Shown here in pieces: positions 38,955-48,269 of a stretch of DNA of 64,000 nucleotides. The position numbers and the translations under genes are program-made. Numbering within the stretch: the first letter of the stretch is position 1; every line of letters begins with the position of its first letter. Location of the stretch: NCBI GenBank assembly GCA_046758445.1, contig JBHIAE010000001.1, positions 1 to 64,000 on the forward strand. Direction: 5' to 3'. The notes beneath the pieces are model-generated. The model worked only from the letters and a program-made list of their open reading frames with translations. It had not been told where the DNA came from and searched no databases. This DNA comes from Candidatus Thorarchaeota archaeon (GTDB taxonomy: Archaea; Asgardarchaeota; Thorarchaeia; Thorarchaeales; Thorarchaeaceae).

Positions 38955-39944
38955 TTAAACATCGCCTTTTGGGGTCAAAAGGGGTCCTCTTGAGTAGTCG
39001 AACATGACCTGTTCTTCATTGGCCATCCTGAGCCGCAGAGAGAGCGTGTCATCCACTTCGCCTACCTGAACTATCGTCATGCCACACTCTTGTGCAACAT
39101 TTGAAACAAATGGGAGGTTCTTGGGGTTGACAGTTACCAAGAATCCTAGTGAGATATACATCCGCAGCCAGTCTTCAAGTCCAATTCCTTCTGGAAGTGA
39201 TTCATCCACTGCATCAAGATCGAGAGTACCGCCCTTTCCTGAATACTCTAGAAGCATCCCAGCTGTGCCGACGAGACCCGCAACAGAAACATCCTTCGAG
39301 GCGGTAATCAGATGTTGTTGAGCCAAGGTGTTCATTACCGAGAGTCTTCGAACCACCTTGCTGGCCGACCTTCCTGTGACAGAGTCCCAGCCTAACTTGT
39401 AACTCGACCCTCTTTCACCAACTGGGTCAAAGACTAGAATCATCAGATCACCCTTCTCTGCACCTCCGGCGGTCAGGAGATCGCTCTTCCTCACAGTCCC
39501 TGTCGCCGAACCGACAACGTAGGTGGCATGTGACTTCGGGTTCGTGTGTCCTCTCACTATTGGAACTCGGAAAGTGTGGGAGCCATCAATTAGACCCTCT
39601 AGAATCTGCTCACCAATCTTGGCGTCTGAGTACGAAAGTGCGACGGCGAAGGAAGTCGGAGTGCCGCCTGCAGCGTAGATATCCATTACATTTGCTAGGA
39701 CTGCGTTGAATCCAGCCGCTCGGGGATGGTTGAGGCACAACTCCTGCACAATGGCGTCCGTAGTAAGCAATACAATCTCATCGCCGTCTGTCTGAATGGC
39801 TGCAGAGTCTTCACCAAGTCTATGTTCTTGATTGCCATTGTATGAGGTGGTTCTTAGCCTTCCGATTATGGAGGGAAGCACATACTTTCTTGATATTCCC
39901 TCAAACTCATGCAGGAGACCAACAATCCCCTCAAGACGCGTCAA
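38955..39944 (-). CDS. AIR synthase (PurM)-related protein, SelD/ThiL-like superfamily
   Basis: GEDSAAI, TTD, ANVMDIYAAGG, RGHT, SKDVSVAGL. Confidence 0.85.
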   Translation of the reverse strand: MTRLEGIVGLLHEFEGISRKYVLPSIIGRLRTTSYNGNQEHRLGEDSAAIQTDGDEIVLLTTDAIVQELCLNHPRAAGFNAVLANVMDIYAAGGTPTSFAVALSYSDAKIGEQILEGLIDGSHTFRVPIVRGHTNPKSHATYVVGSATGTVRKSDLLTAGGAEKGDLMILVFDPVGERGSSYKLGWDSVTGRSASKVVRRLSVMNTLAQQHLITASKDVSVAGLVGTAGMLLEYSGKGGTLDLDAVDESLPEGIGLEDWLRMYISLGFLVTVNPKNLPFVSNVAQECGMTIVQVGEVDDTLSLRLRMANEEQVMFDYSRGPLLTPKGDV

Positions 39945-39973
39945 ATAGAATCACTCTTGGCAGACCTAGTGGG

Positions 39974-40099
39974 TCATGGCGCACCGAGAAAGCCAAGTGC
40001 AAATGCAGTCTGTCCCAGTATGATACCAATCCCTAGCAAAGACAGGCCAACCATGAGGTAGATTAGGGCCCTCATCACTGGACGAACTTCATCTAACAC
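39974..40099 (-). CDS. 41-aa single-TM microprotein (not in ORF track)
   Basis: MLDEVRPVMRALIYLMVGLSLLGIGIILGQTAFALGFLGAP; GTG start preceded by GGTGA. Confidence 0.55.
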   Translation of the reverse strand: MLDEVRPVMRALIYLMVGLSLLGIGIILGQTAFALGFLGAP

Positions 40100-40177
40100 T
40101 TCTGGTCACCTAGCCGTACTGCGAGGACTTGTGTGTTGCTTATAGACGTTACGGGGCGGCTTCCACAGAGTCTTATC

Positions 40178-40513
40178 TCAGTCGAGTGCTCTCCTACCCC
40201 CTTGGTGCTTTGAGTATTCCTCAGGATCACCATCCCCAAGATCCTCACTAATGACATCGGCGAAGTCGGCATCGTCTAAAGAAACAACAGTGATCCTCTC
40301 AAGACCTCTACACTTGCCGGCTTCTGTCATTTTCCGTTTGGTGCAGATGCCAAACTTGCACCACGGACCGTCACACTCATCGTCAACCTCAGCGCACCAA
40401 ACCATCTTCTTTGAGCCCCTACGCCGAATCTTGAATGCGCTCGGCTGTCTATTACACTTGAACATCGTACATTGAGGTGTGCAATCAGTGAGAGATTCTG
40501 ACATCCGACTCAC
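40178..40513 (-). CDS. Cys-rich small protein
   Basis: Eight Cys in about 60 aa (CTPQCTMFKC, WC...CDGPWCKFGIC...KC), acidic tail. Confidence 0.65.
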   Translation of the reverse strand: MSRMSESLTDCTPQCTMFKCNRQPSAFKIRRRGSKKMVWCAEVDDECDGPWCKFGICTKRKMTEAGKCRGLERITVVSLDDADFADVISEDLGDGDPEEYSKHQGGRRALD

Positions 40514-40528
40514 TCACAACACATTGCT

Positions 40529-41323
40529 TCATTTCTTCTTCTTGGCTTCAATAAGAACCTCATCAAGAATGGACCGACTGACTTCGAGAATCATGATAGA
40601 CCTCTCAATCTTGGCCTTTGACCCTTCATAGTTGCGTGCTGATATGTCACCGATCTTGTGTTGAGCATCTAGGCGACTCCCTTCACGGTTCAAGGTGCGG
40701 CCTGTCTTCTTCATGCTCTTGAGCCAGTTCTCAGCCTGCTTCACGGAGTTCTTCAGTTCCTTCCGTAGAGTCTTGACCGTATCGATTATCTTTGTCTTCT
40801 GTTCCTTATAGACAGCCTGATCTAGAGACTCCTTCATCTCCTCAAGCTTCGTTCGCTTTTTTTCATACTCTTCAAGTGACTGGAGAATGCTCTCAAGACT
40901 GAGGCTTCCTCTGAATGAAGAGAGTTCCTCACGTCTGCTCTTGGTCTTGTCAAACGCGGTTCTCAGGCCCTCGGCCCTAGCCGTGAGTATGGCCTTGTCA
41001 GCGTGTCTGAGTTGCAGGGCTTGCCTTGTGGATTGGATTTGTTCGACGAGACCGTCCAGTTCCTTCCGTATAACCTGTAGTTCAGCCCTCGACATGAGAG
41101 TTGCGAACTCTCTCCGGTCCATGCCTTCAACCGTCATTCCAAACTCAGGCAGGTCAACTGACTCATCTTTGGATGGTACTACTGGATTATCAAGTATCTC
41201 CAGAGTTGTGTGCTCTGGTATCTTGTCTCCAGTCATGGACAGGGGCGTGCCACACGAATTGCAGTAGCGCCCCACAGGAACTTCCGAACCACATGATGGA
41301 CACGTGATGGATGCGTCAGACAT
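40529..41323 (-). CDS. Zinc-ribbon plus long coiled-coil protein
   Basis: CPSCG...YCNSCG followed by heptad-rich helices. Confidence 0.7.
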   Translation of the reverse strand: MSDASITCPSCGSEVPVGRYCNSCGTPLSMTGDKIPEHTTLEILDNPVVPSKDESVDLPEFGMTVEGMDRREFATLMSRAELQVIRKELDGLVEQIQSTRQALQLRHADKAILTARAEGLRTAFDKTKSRREELSSFRGSLSLESILQSLEEYEKKRTKLEEMKESLDQAVYKEQKTKIIDTVKTLRKELKNSVKQAENWLKSMKKTGRTLNREGSRLDAQHKIGDISARNYEGSKAKIERSIMILEVSRSILDEVLIEAKKKK

Positions 41324-41391
41324 CAGGTTACTCCGTCCTATGCAGAGTTGGAGATGAAACGTAGGTGTTGTGTCATGGGTAGTCCTTGCTT

Positions 41392-41709
41392 CTATTTCAG
41401 AGTTCCAAGGCGAGCAGTCACTTCGTCTAGCTTCGCCTTTGTGGAAACAATGCTTTGAGCACCATACTCAGGAAGAACCTTCAGCTCCTCCACGAGAAGT
41501 GCTATCGCTCTTGCAGGGTCTATCTCCTTTGTTTCGAGAGAGCCATCAGGAAAAGTCAGTGATGCCTCAACCCACTTCTCTTTCGTTTCGTCAGCTGGAA
41601 ATAGAGTATAAATGTAGTCATCATTGCTGCATATGAAGGAGGGTGTGTGCTCCCAGGCCTTCGCCAACAATGCACCGAAGGTCTTAGCATTCTCAGCTTT
41701 GTCTGCCAT
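41392..41709 (-). CDS. Hypothetical protein
   Basis: 105-aa ORF with GGTGA RBS. Confidence 0.6.
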   Translation of the reverse strand: MADKAENAKTFGALLAKAWEHTPSFICSNDDYIYTLFPADETKEKWVEASLTFPDGSLETKEIDPARAIALLVEELKVLPEYGAQSIVSTKAKLDEVTARLGTLK

Positions 41710-41789
41710 TCAGAAATCACCCTCGTGGGCTGGATGAGATTGGGAAACGCTTGGTCTGGGTCCTTATTTGTTTTGCTCCGGTATGACCT

Positions 41790-42377
41790 CTAGGGTCGGT
41801 GCCAGACAAAGCTATAGTATGCAATCTGACCGTTCTCTTTGATTGTCGCTACTATGAACTTCTTCCGTACACTGGTTGCCAGCCTTCCAGCCCTCACAAT
41901 ATCGAGTGGGACCACACCTTTCCTTTGGGGAATCACGTGCACAAGAAATGGAGCATGATCCTTACCAGGACCATGTTCGTAGACTGCGAAATCGGTACCG
42001 AACTTCAGCCCAGGTCTTACAACGTATCCTCGCTCTCTTAACTGACTATACACCAAGAACCTATCTCTGAAGTCCTCTGACCTGCTTTCACCGAGTGTCA
42101 GAAGGTCATCCTGCGTGAGTGTACGTTTCTCTTGCCCACTGTGTACCTTGAGTCTTCCTGCCTCGCTCAGATAAACGCACTCAATCAGCGAGAGTTCTAA
42201 TGGCTTATCGAAGATAGCAGACTTCGGCTTCCGAATTCCAATTGGCTGACCAAAGTAACCCTCCCCGTATAGACGCATACCATGTTCTGGATTCCAGACT
42301 ATGCCTCGGTCACCAACCAGCTCTGCCTTAGCTATGTCGTCACGGGGACTTGACAATGCCTCCACCGGCCGTTTCAT
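41790..42377 (-). CDS. endA: tRNA-intron endonuclease, catalytic subunit
   Basis: GYFG, LSLIE, RGYVVRPGLKFGTDFAVY...PG.DHAP, RLATSVRKK (Y/H/K triad). Confidence 0.93.
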   Translation of the reverse strand: MKRPVEALSSPRDDIAKAELVGDRGIVWNPEHGMRLYGEGYFGQPIGIRKPKSAIFDKPLELSLIECVYLSEAGRLKVHSGQEKRTLTQDDLLTLGESRSEDFRDRFLVYSQLRERGYVVRPGLKFGTDFAVYEHGPGKDHAPFLVHVIPQRKGVVPLDIVRAGRLATSVRKKFIVATIKENGQIAYYSFVWHRP

Positions 42378-43036
42378 GTATTGAGGGTCAGAGATAGGCC
42401 TCTGATTGTGTTAGCAGCATCCTCACTGAAGTTCGCGATCTCTTCTATCATGTTGATGAAGTCACGGAAACGTAGAAGCACCGGCAGATCCAATTCCAAA
42501 GAGTAGAGAATCGAAACAATATCTCTTTGGAGGATGTCAATCTCTTTCTCGAGTCTGCAAATCTCGTCGGCCTTCTTAATCGACTCCTCGATGTTTATGT
42601 GGAGAAACCTCACAGCCTCCCTCTGATGTGTTATCTGGTCGATGAATAGCTCGATGAATTTGGCGATCTTGCTCTTCAGGCCTCCATCGGGATTCCAAGA
42701 TTCAGCTACCGCTGCGAGATGATAACAGGCAATCTCTGCACCATCGATTAGTTTGTCATTATAGTTGACTAGACGCAATAGGTCTTCGCGCTGCATGAGT
42801 GTGTTTGCCTTGGAGAGTTCATTCAGAATAGCAAGTTTGAGGTCGTCAGCCTTCTCTTCGAGCTCAGTAATCTTCTTCAGCTGCTCTGGATTCACCGGCT
42901 TGCCTTCTTCAAGCCAGTCAATGATTGACCCCTTCACAATCTTGTTTGCCGAAAGTGCGAATCTGAAGTGTTCCTCAAGCATCTGAGTGATATGCGCCAG
43001 TTCAGAACTCATGTATCTATTGTTATCGAGGACCAT
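42374..43036 (-). CDS. DUF47/PhoU-like phosphate transport regulator
   Basis: LEEKADD, REDL, DKLID, LEKEID, EDAA repeats. Confidence 0.8.
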   Translation of the reverse strand: MVLDNNRYMSSELAHITQMLEEHFRFALSANKIVKGSIIDWLEEGKPVNPEQLKKITELEEKADDLKLAILNELSKANTLMQREDLLRLVNYNDKLIDGAEIACYHLAAVAESWNPDGGLKSKIAKFIELFIDQITHQREAVRFLHINIEESIKKADEICRLEKEIDILQRDIVSILYSLELDLPVLLRFRDFINMIEEIANFSEDAANTIRGLSLTLNT

Positions 43037-43124
43037 GCTGCAACATCCTTCTTCGGATGAATGTCGACCTCTGAGCTACCCTTTTAATTCTTTAGTACAA
43101 GCCTGGCCTGAGTGGATTAAACCT

Positions 43125-43922
43125 ATGGAACTCTGGCAGGTCATCGTGGCCGTGATTCAAGGCTTGGTTGAATGGTTGCCAATCAGCAGCGAGGGGCAAG
43201 TTGTCTTGTTCTTGTATAATTTCGGCTCAGTCCCTCCTGAGGATTTGGTGACGCTAGCAGTATGGCTGCACCTTGGAACTGCGATTGCGGTTCTCGCTCG
43301 TTATCCCCGGGTTATTCTTGACGTATTGACTTTGAAGGACAGACGCCTCTTTAGACTCCTATTGATTGCGACCGTCTGCACTGCTGCAACTGCAATCCCA
43401 TTCTATATCTTCCTGAGGAACAGTATTGCCGTCTTCCATGGAGAGATAATGAACATAGTCGTAGGGATTCTACTGCTAGCTACAGCGGTCATCCTCTATC
43501 TGCCGACGCGAAGCTCACTGACTGAGGAGTCCAATAATACTGTCAGAGAAGTTGGCGATCAAGAGGCAGTTACAACCGGACTTGTACAGGGACTCGCTGT
43601 TCTCCCTGGACTAAGCAGATCGGGTGTCACCATTTCAGCCCTGTTGATGCAGAAAGTCGACAAGGAAACTGCTCTGAGATTCAGTTTCTTGATGAGTGTT
43701 CCAGCTGTTATTGGAATCCTCGCACTCGAGGCACTAATCGGAGGTGCTATACCAGCATCTATGAGCATCATAGACCTAGCTGTGGCTGAGGTTATTGTCT
43801 TCATAGTTGGTCTAGGATCAATGGAGTTCCTACTTAGACTGGCAAGGACTACCTCTTTCTGGAAACTGTGCTTGGTCCTGGCTTGTGTAGCGATTGCATT
43901 CGGTATTCCAGCCTTACTCTGA
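43125..43922 (+). CDS. uppP: Undecaprenyl/polyprenyl-diphosphate phosphatase (BacA family)
   Basis: QGLVEWLPISSEG, LHLGT, PGLSRSG, FSFLMSVPA. Confidence 0.93.
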   Translation: MELWQVIVAVIQGLVEWLPISSEGQVVLFLYNFGSVPPEDLVTLAVWLHLGTAIAVLARYPRVILDVLTLKDRRLFRLLLIATVCTAATAIPFYIFLRNSIAVFHGEIMNIVVGILLLATAVILYLPTRSSLTEESNNTVREVGDQEAVTTGLVQGLAVLPGLSRSGVTISALLMQKVDKETALRFSFLMSVPAVIGILALEALIGGAIPASMSIIDLAVAEVIVFIVGLGSMEFLLRLARTTSFWKLCLVLACVAIAFGIPALL

Positions 43923-44633
43923 ACGTTTCTGAAACATCATGGCAATTGGAGCGTTTGCTTTGCGCCACTCGGCTAGTTTTCCTTTGTAGTCTAGGGGAAC
44001 TGGATGTCTTCCATGGTTACCTATCACTATGAAGAGAGTGCCAACTCTAGCTTGCTTAAGCAGCACCTTGACCCAGTTGTCAGTTCTCCTCACAATCTTA
44101 TCCAAGAGAGTTTCTGGCGGAGTTCTGTGTCCGTACTGAGCATATAGGCTTTCGAAATCCAAGAAGTGAAGAAACATGAGTTCGTTCTTGAAGATGTGTT
44201 TCGTTGACTCTATGTAAGTCTGCATGTCATCACGTTTGTACACGGTGTAACCAGGATCAAATCCGAGAGCGTCCATATCGTCTTCTCTGCAGATTACCTT
44301 CACTGACTTCCCAAAGTCCCGAATGTGACGAATGAGATGGAAGTCAGAGCTTCGACCTTGGAGGAGCGTCTTCAGAAGTGGGATGGCGTATGGGTCGTTA
44401 GTTTCAATGAGAGCTAGCGCCTCCATGTTCTTGATTAGCGCCTCTGGCTTGTACACTACAGCCTCGAACAAACCAAAGTTATCTATGATAATGATGACGA
44501 CACCTGTTGGGCTGAACTTCTCAAGAAGTTCTTGATTGGGTGGAGGCATTCCCTCAGGGACCTCTATACCTAGTAGTCTGATGATTGTTGAGGGGAATTC
44601 AAGTGCGGTTGTTCTCACCTGCGGAAAGGACAT
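43914..44633 (-). CDS. Alkaline-phosphatase-superfamily-like protein (degenerate)
   Basis: VIIIIDNFG, FLHFLDFE, VIGNHG resemble the AP/NPP core strands. Confidence 0.5.
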   Translation of the reverse strand: MSFPQVRTTALEFPSTIIRLLGIEVPEGMPPPNQELLEKFSPTGVVIIIIDNFGLFEAVVYKPEALIKNMEALALIETNDPYAIPLLKTLLQGRSSDFHLIRHIRDFGKSVKVICREDDMDALGFDPGYTVYKRDDMQTYIESTKHIFKNELMFLHFLDFESLYAQYGHRTPPETLLDKIVRRTDNWVKVLLKQARVGTLFIVIGNHGRHPVPLDYKGKLAEWRKANAPIAMMFQKRSE

Positions 44634-44794
44634 TCAGTTGGCCTCGTAAACGTCATCCTCAGAAAGGAATTCGTGTCAATAAGAGTTCTCGTCCTACGTG
44701 TGTATTTCCGCTCCACCGTTTGTCCTGCTATCAGGAGCTAGTCTTATGGAAGCATTAATAGAGTCACAAGAGCCAGTGCCGCAGAGGTCCCATA

Positions 44795-45748
44795 ATGACT
44801 GTCAAGGACATCGTGTACAACGACAACATCAAATTCATCCTTTCAGGCGGCAAAGGAGGCGTCGGCAAGACCAGCTGCGCAGGAGCCATGGCAGTACTGT
44901 CAGCTCGACTGGGACTCAGGACTCTTGTGCTGTCAACGGACCCGGCCCACAGTCTCAGCGACAGCTTCGACCAGAATCTCTCAGGGGGAGAGATCGTGCC
45001 CATCAAAGGGTTTGACAACCTGTGGGGCATGGAGATTGACACAGCGAAAGGTATGAAGGAGTTTGAAGACTCCATAGGGTCGGGTGCTGCGGGACCGGAG
45101 ATGGAGATGGCCTCTCAACTTATGGGAGATATCAGTTCGATGTCCCCGCCTGGATCAGACGAAGCTATGGCATTTGGCAAGATGTTGGAGTTTCTGGAGG
45201 ATAGCTCCTATGATCGCGTGATCTTTGATACAGCGCCTACAGGGCACACTCTCAAACTGATGGAACTCCCTGGTCTTCTTGACAGCTGGCTGGGAAGGAT
45301 TCTCACACTCAGACAGAGATTGAGTTCGATGATGGCAGGAATGAGAGCCATGCTCGGAGGAGGAGAACGTGAGGAAAGTTCTTGGGACATGCTGCAGAAC
45401 ACAAAGGAGAAGATTAAGGCCGCACGGCTGGAGCTGTCCGATGCTGAGAAGACACAGTTCGTTATAGTCATGATTCCGGAAGCCATGGCAGTCTTTGAAA
45501 CTCAACGGTTGCTAGGAAGTCTTAATGCGTGGAATATCCCCGTGGATACTGTAGTTGTCAACCAGCTTGTTCCGGAGAGCCCTGATTGTGTGTTCTGCTC
45601 CACACGTCGCGAGATGCAACAAACCAATCTCATAGACATAAGGGAGCTCTATTCTGATTTGGATCTAGTCGAGGTGCCTCTTTTCGATAATGAAATAAGA
45701 GGAATAGAAGGCCTTGAGAAGCTGGGGAAAGTCCTGATAGGAGAGTAG
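44795..45748 (+). CDS. Get3/TRC40-ArsA family ATPase (single domain, Get3-like)
   Basis: GGKGGVGKT, STDPAHSLSD, DTAPTGHT, Met-rich helical insert, CVFC. Confidence 0.92.
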   Translation: MTVKDIVYNDNIKFILSGGKGGVGKTSCAGAMAVLSARLGLRTLVLSTDPAHSLSDSFDQNLSGGEIVPIKGFDNLWGMEIDTAKGMKEFEDSIGSGAAGPEMEMASQLMGDISSMSPPGSDEAMAFGKMLEFLEDSSYDRVIFDTAPTGHTLKLMELPGLLDSWLGRILTLRQRLSSMMAGMRAMLGGGEREESSWDMLQNTKEKIKAARLELSDAEKTQFVIVMIPEAMAVFETQRLLGSLNAWNIPVDTVVVNQLVPESPDCVFCSTRREMQQTNLIDIRELYSDLDLVEVPLFDNEIRGIEGLEKLGKVLIGE

Positions 45749-45753
45749 CCATT

Positions 45754-45852
45754 GTGAGATTGGATACCAAGAAGAAACTTGTCACACTATTCTTGATCTT
45801 CCTGTTTTTGGGATCAATGTTTACTGCGATCTACTTGATGTACAGACCCTGA
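45754..45852 (+). CDS. 32-aa single-TM microprotein directly after the Get3-like gene (not in ORF track)
   Basis: MRLDTKKKLVTLFLIFLFLGSMFTAIYLMYRP; GTG 5 nt after the get3 stop. Confidence 0.5.
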   Translation: MRLDTKKKLVTLFLIFLFLGSMFTAIYLMYRP

Positions 45853-45875
45853 CCTGACATCAGGGCTGCAGAGAA

Positions 45876-46019
45876 CTAGGTGCCTTTGACTCGCTTCACG
45901 ACCGGCGGGCGAATCTTGTAGAGTATTCGGCCTCCACAATACGGGCATTTCACTCCGGGCAGAGTTCTAAGGCCCTCTGGAGTGACTTCTTTGTGACAAC
46001 TGTGACAAATGTAGACCAT
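45876..46019 (-). CDS. rpo12: DNA-directed RNA polymerase subunit Rpo12 (P) (not in ORF track)
   Basis: MVYICHSCHKEVTPEGLRTLPGVKCPYCGGRILYKIRPPVVKRVKGT. Confidence 0.92.
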   Translation of the reverse strand: MVYICHSCHKEVTPEGLRTLPGVKCPYCGGRILYKIRPPVVKRVKGT

Positions 46020-46118
46020 TAGATATCGCCTCACAAAGCCCAACCACACAAGCTGGACTGTGTTGCATCAGTCCGGAGAACTGAGCTTATGAAGCTTTTC
46101 TTGTGGTGTGTCTAGAGG

Positions 46119-47717
46119 CTAATCCTGCATGGTATCAGAAACGACATCACCTTCAACGAGACCACTGCTCAGGACTCTTCTGATTACGATGTCACGAACT
46201 GTACCTGCTGAGAAACCGCCTTTGACTGTAATCAGGGGTCCTTCTTCTAGGGGATAGAACATCGTGTAGCCATGTTGCTCCCAGGAGGGCTCTGCAGCGA
46301 TTCCACGGACTCTCTTTGCGACATAGTCCCGCTTTCGGGCCCTATTGATGCTGGCAGCCTCTCTTCGAAGGCGAACGCCAGCTGGATCTCCATATTCTGG
46401 TTCGGGTAAGTCCGAGAAAGCGGAACCGGGTAGTGCTCTGAATCCATAGAGAATGATTCTCTGAGCACCAGCCTTCGCGGCCGAATGCATGAAGTGAATA
46501 GAATCTTGAATCGTTTCGGGCGTTTCTCCAGGCAGACCATAGATCAGGTATACGAATGGGGACATGCCATATGCCACTGCAGTTCTCACAGCAGTGAGGA
46601 CATCTTCAGTGCTTCCGCATTTACCGATTCTCCTCATGTGTTCATCTGAACCGGTTTCAACGCCAATGTTGGGTGATATTCCTCTCATGGACGTTGAGAG
46701 TACCGAGGCAACCTCCTCTGTGAAGAGACAAGCCTTGACGTTCTCCACTGAGATGTGAACGTCACCCTCTTCAACAGTTTCCAGAGCCGCTAGTCTTCTG
46801 ATCAAATCTGAGATGGCGTCGATATTAGCTGGGGGCTCGCATGGATTCGTCAAAGTATTGGTGCCCCGATAGTAGTCCAAGAAATCTGGGGCTTCTAGCA
46901 CTATTCTATGCACTCCCAGGTCCAAGAGCTCCCGCACTTCTCTTTCAATTGATTCCGGGGAACGACTCCTTGGCGGACCCCAAGTGCTAGGTACGCTACA
47001 GAAGCCGCATCCTGCTGGTATGTTCTCTGGACACTCCTGCCGTTCTTCAGGATCATCGGATTCGCAGTTATCGCACTCCGTACACTCCCGACCGTCAGGC
47101 AGAGGTATAGTCGTTCTCTTGAAGTTCGAACAGCCGCGTAGTACCTCGACATAGACTTTGGATGCTTGATAGGTCGCGTAGTCTACGATCCTCGTTGTGG
47201 ATGGAACGAATATCTCAGAAATCTCGCTTGGCGAAAGAGGAGGTCTGAGCGGGTTGATTATAGGTTTCTTACCTTGGAAATAGCCTATGCCCTGGACATT
47301 GGAACAGTCTGTTTCATCTTCGAAGAAACCAAGCTCAAGCAGGTCATTGAGAGTGCCTTCTCCCTCACCTACCACAAGAACGTCAGGTTTCAGTCCACGC
47401 AGGACTTTGGTGGAATCGGAGGCTAATGGTCCGCCAATGACCACTCTCCCAACCGGATTTGTTCTACGCCACTTCTGTACTATAGACTGCGTTACTGGTA
47501 AGTCCATGGTCATGGCGGTGATGGCAAGGTGCTCATAGCTTCGCATCTTCTTGGGTGTTGCAGCAATCTCCTCTGCCCTGGCTATTCGACAAGGCACTTC
47601 ATGTCTTTCTAGGACTCCTCCTACCGTCCGGGGGCCACAACCGATTGAGTCGCGGGAGCTAGTCCGTCGGCCGCTTCCTGCACTCAATGCATCTACAATT
47701 AGAACCCTGCCGACCAT
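46119..47717 (-). CDS. B12-binding-like radical SAM protein with a Cys-rich insertion and TRAM-like C-terminus
   Basis: IGGP, GEGE, EVLRGC[insert]GCGFCSVP, GVETGS, IYGLPGE. Confidence 0.85.
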   Translation of the reverse strand: MVGRVLIVDALSAGSGRRTSSRDSIGCGPRTVGGVLERHEVPCRIARAEEIAATPKKMRSYEHLAITAMTMDLPVTQSIVQKWRRTNPVGRVVIGGPLASDSTKVLRGLKPDVLVVGEGEGTLNDLLELGFFEDETDCSNVQGIGYFQGKKPIINPLRPPLSPSEISEIFVPSTTRIVDYATYQASKVYVEVLRGCSNFKRTTIPLPDGRECTECDNCESDDPEERQECPENIPAGCGFCSVPSTWGPPRSRSPESIEREVRELLDLGVHRIVLEAPDFLDYYRGTNTLTNPCEPPANIDAISDLIRRLAALETVEEGDVHISVENVKACLFTEEVASVLSTSMRGISPNIGVETGSDEHMRRIGKCGSTEDVLTAVRTAVAYGMSPFVYLIYGLPGETPETIQDSIHFMHSAAKAGAQRIILYGFRALPGSAFSDLPEPEYGDPAGVRLRREAASINRARKRDYVAKRVRGIAAEPSWEQHGYTMFYPLEEGPLITVKGGFSAGTVRDIVIRRVLSSGLVEGDVVSDTMQD

Positions 47718-47816
47718 CTTGGACTACCTTGTGTCGTCAGGAGTTCTTTACTCTTGCTTAATGGCTCACATTAGTCAAAGGGCTGTGACTCCTCTTCAGA
47801 GAACTTATATGCACGG

Positions 47817-48200
47817 TTGAGCCAACACTCAAAAACGAAGACCGAAGGAGCTGAACCTAACATTCAGGAAGATGTAGTTTGTTCTCGATGCGGCCTCCCA
47901 ACTGACTTGTGCGTCTGTGAAACTATCGCACAGGAAGAGGCAAGGATTACCGTGACTGTTGAACGTAGAAAATGGGGCCGTCTTACGACTGTTGTAGAAG
48001 GCTTCGACAAGACCATCGACCTTGGTGATTTGGCCACTAAGCTCAAAGGTAAGCTTGCCTGTGGGGGAGCTGCAAAGCACGGCCATATTGAACTCCAAGG
48101 CGACCATCGCGGCGTTATCAGCGACGTATTGGCCAAGCTGGGTTTCCCAGAAGAAATGGTACAGATAGATTGGACCTTTCAGGGCGGCAGACGTAGGTAG
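47817..48200 (+). CDS. Translation initiation factor aIF1 (SUI1)
   Basis: CSRCGLP..LCVC, KLACGG, IELQGDHR. Confidence 0.93.
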   Translation: MSQHSKTKTEGAEPNIQEDVVCSRCGLPTDLCVCETIAQEEARITVTVERRKWGRLTTVVEGFDKTIDLGDLATKLKGKLACGGAAKHGHIELQGDHRGVISDVLAKLGFPEEMVQIDWTFQGGRRR

Positions 48201-48269
48201 TGGTTCACCTCATCCTTGGTTGCTAGATGCTAGCTGGCGATTTCCTAGAGTGAGGACTATGATTTCTTT

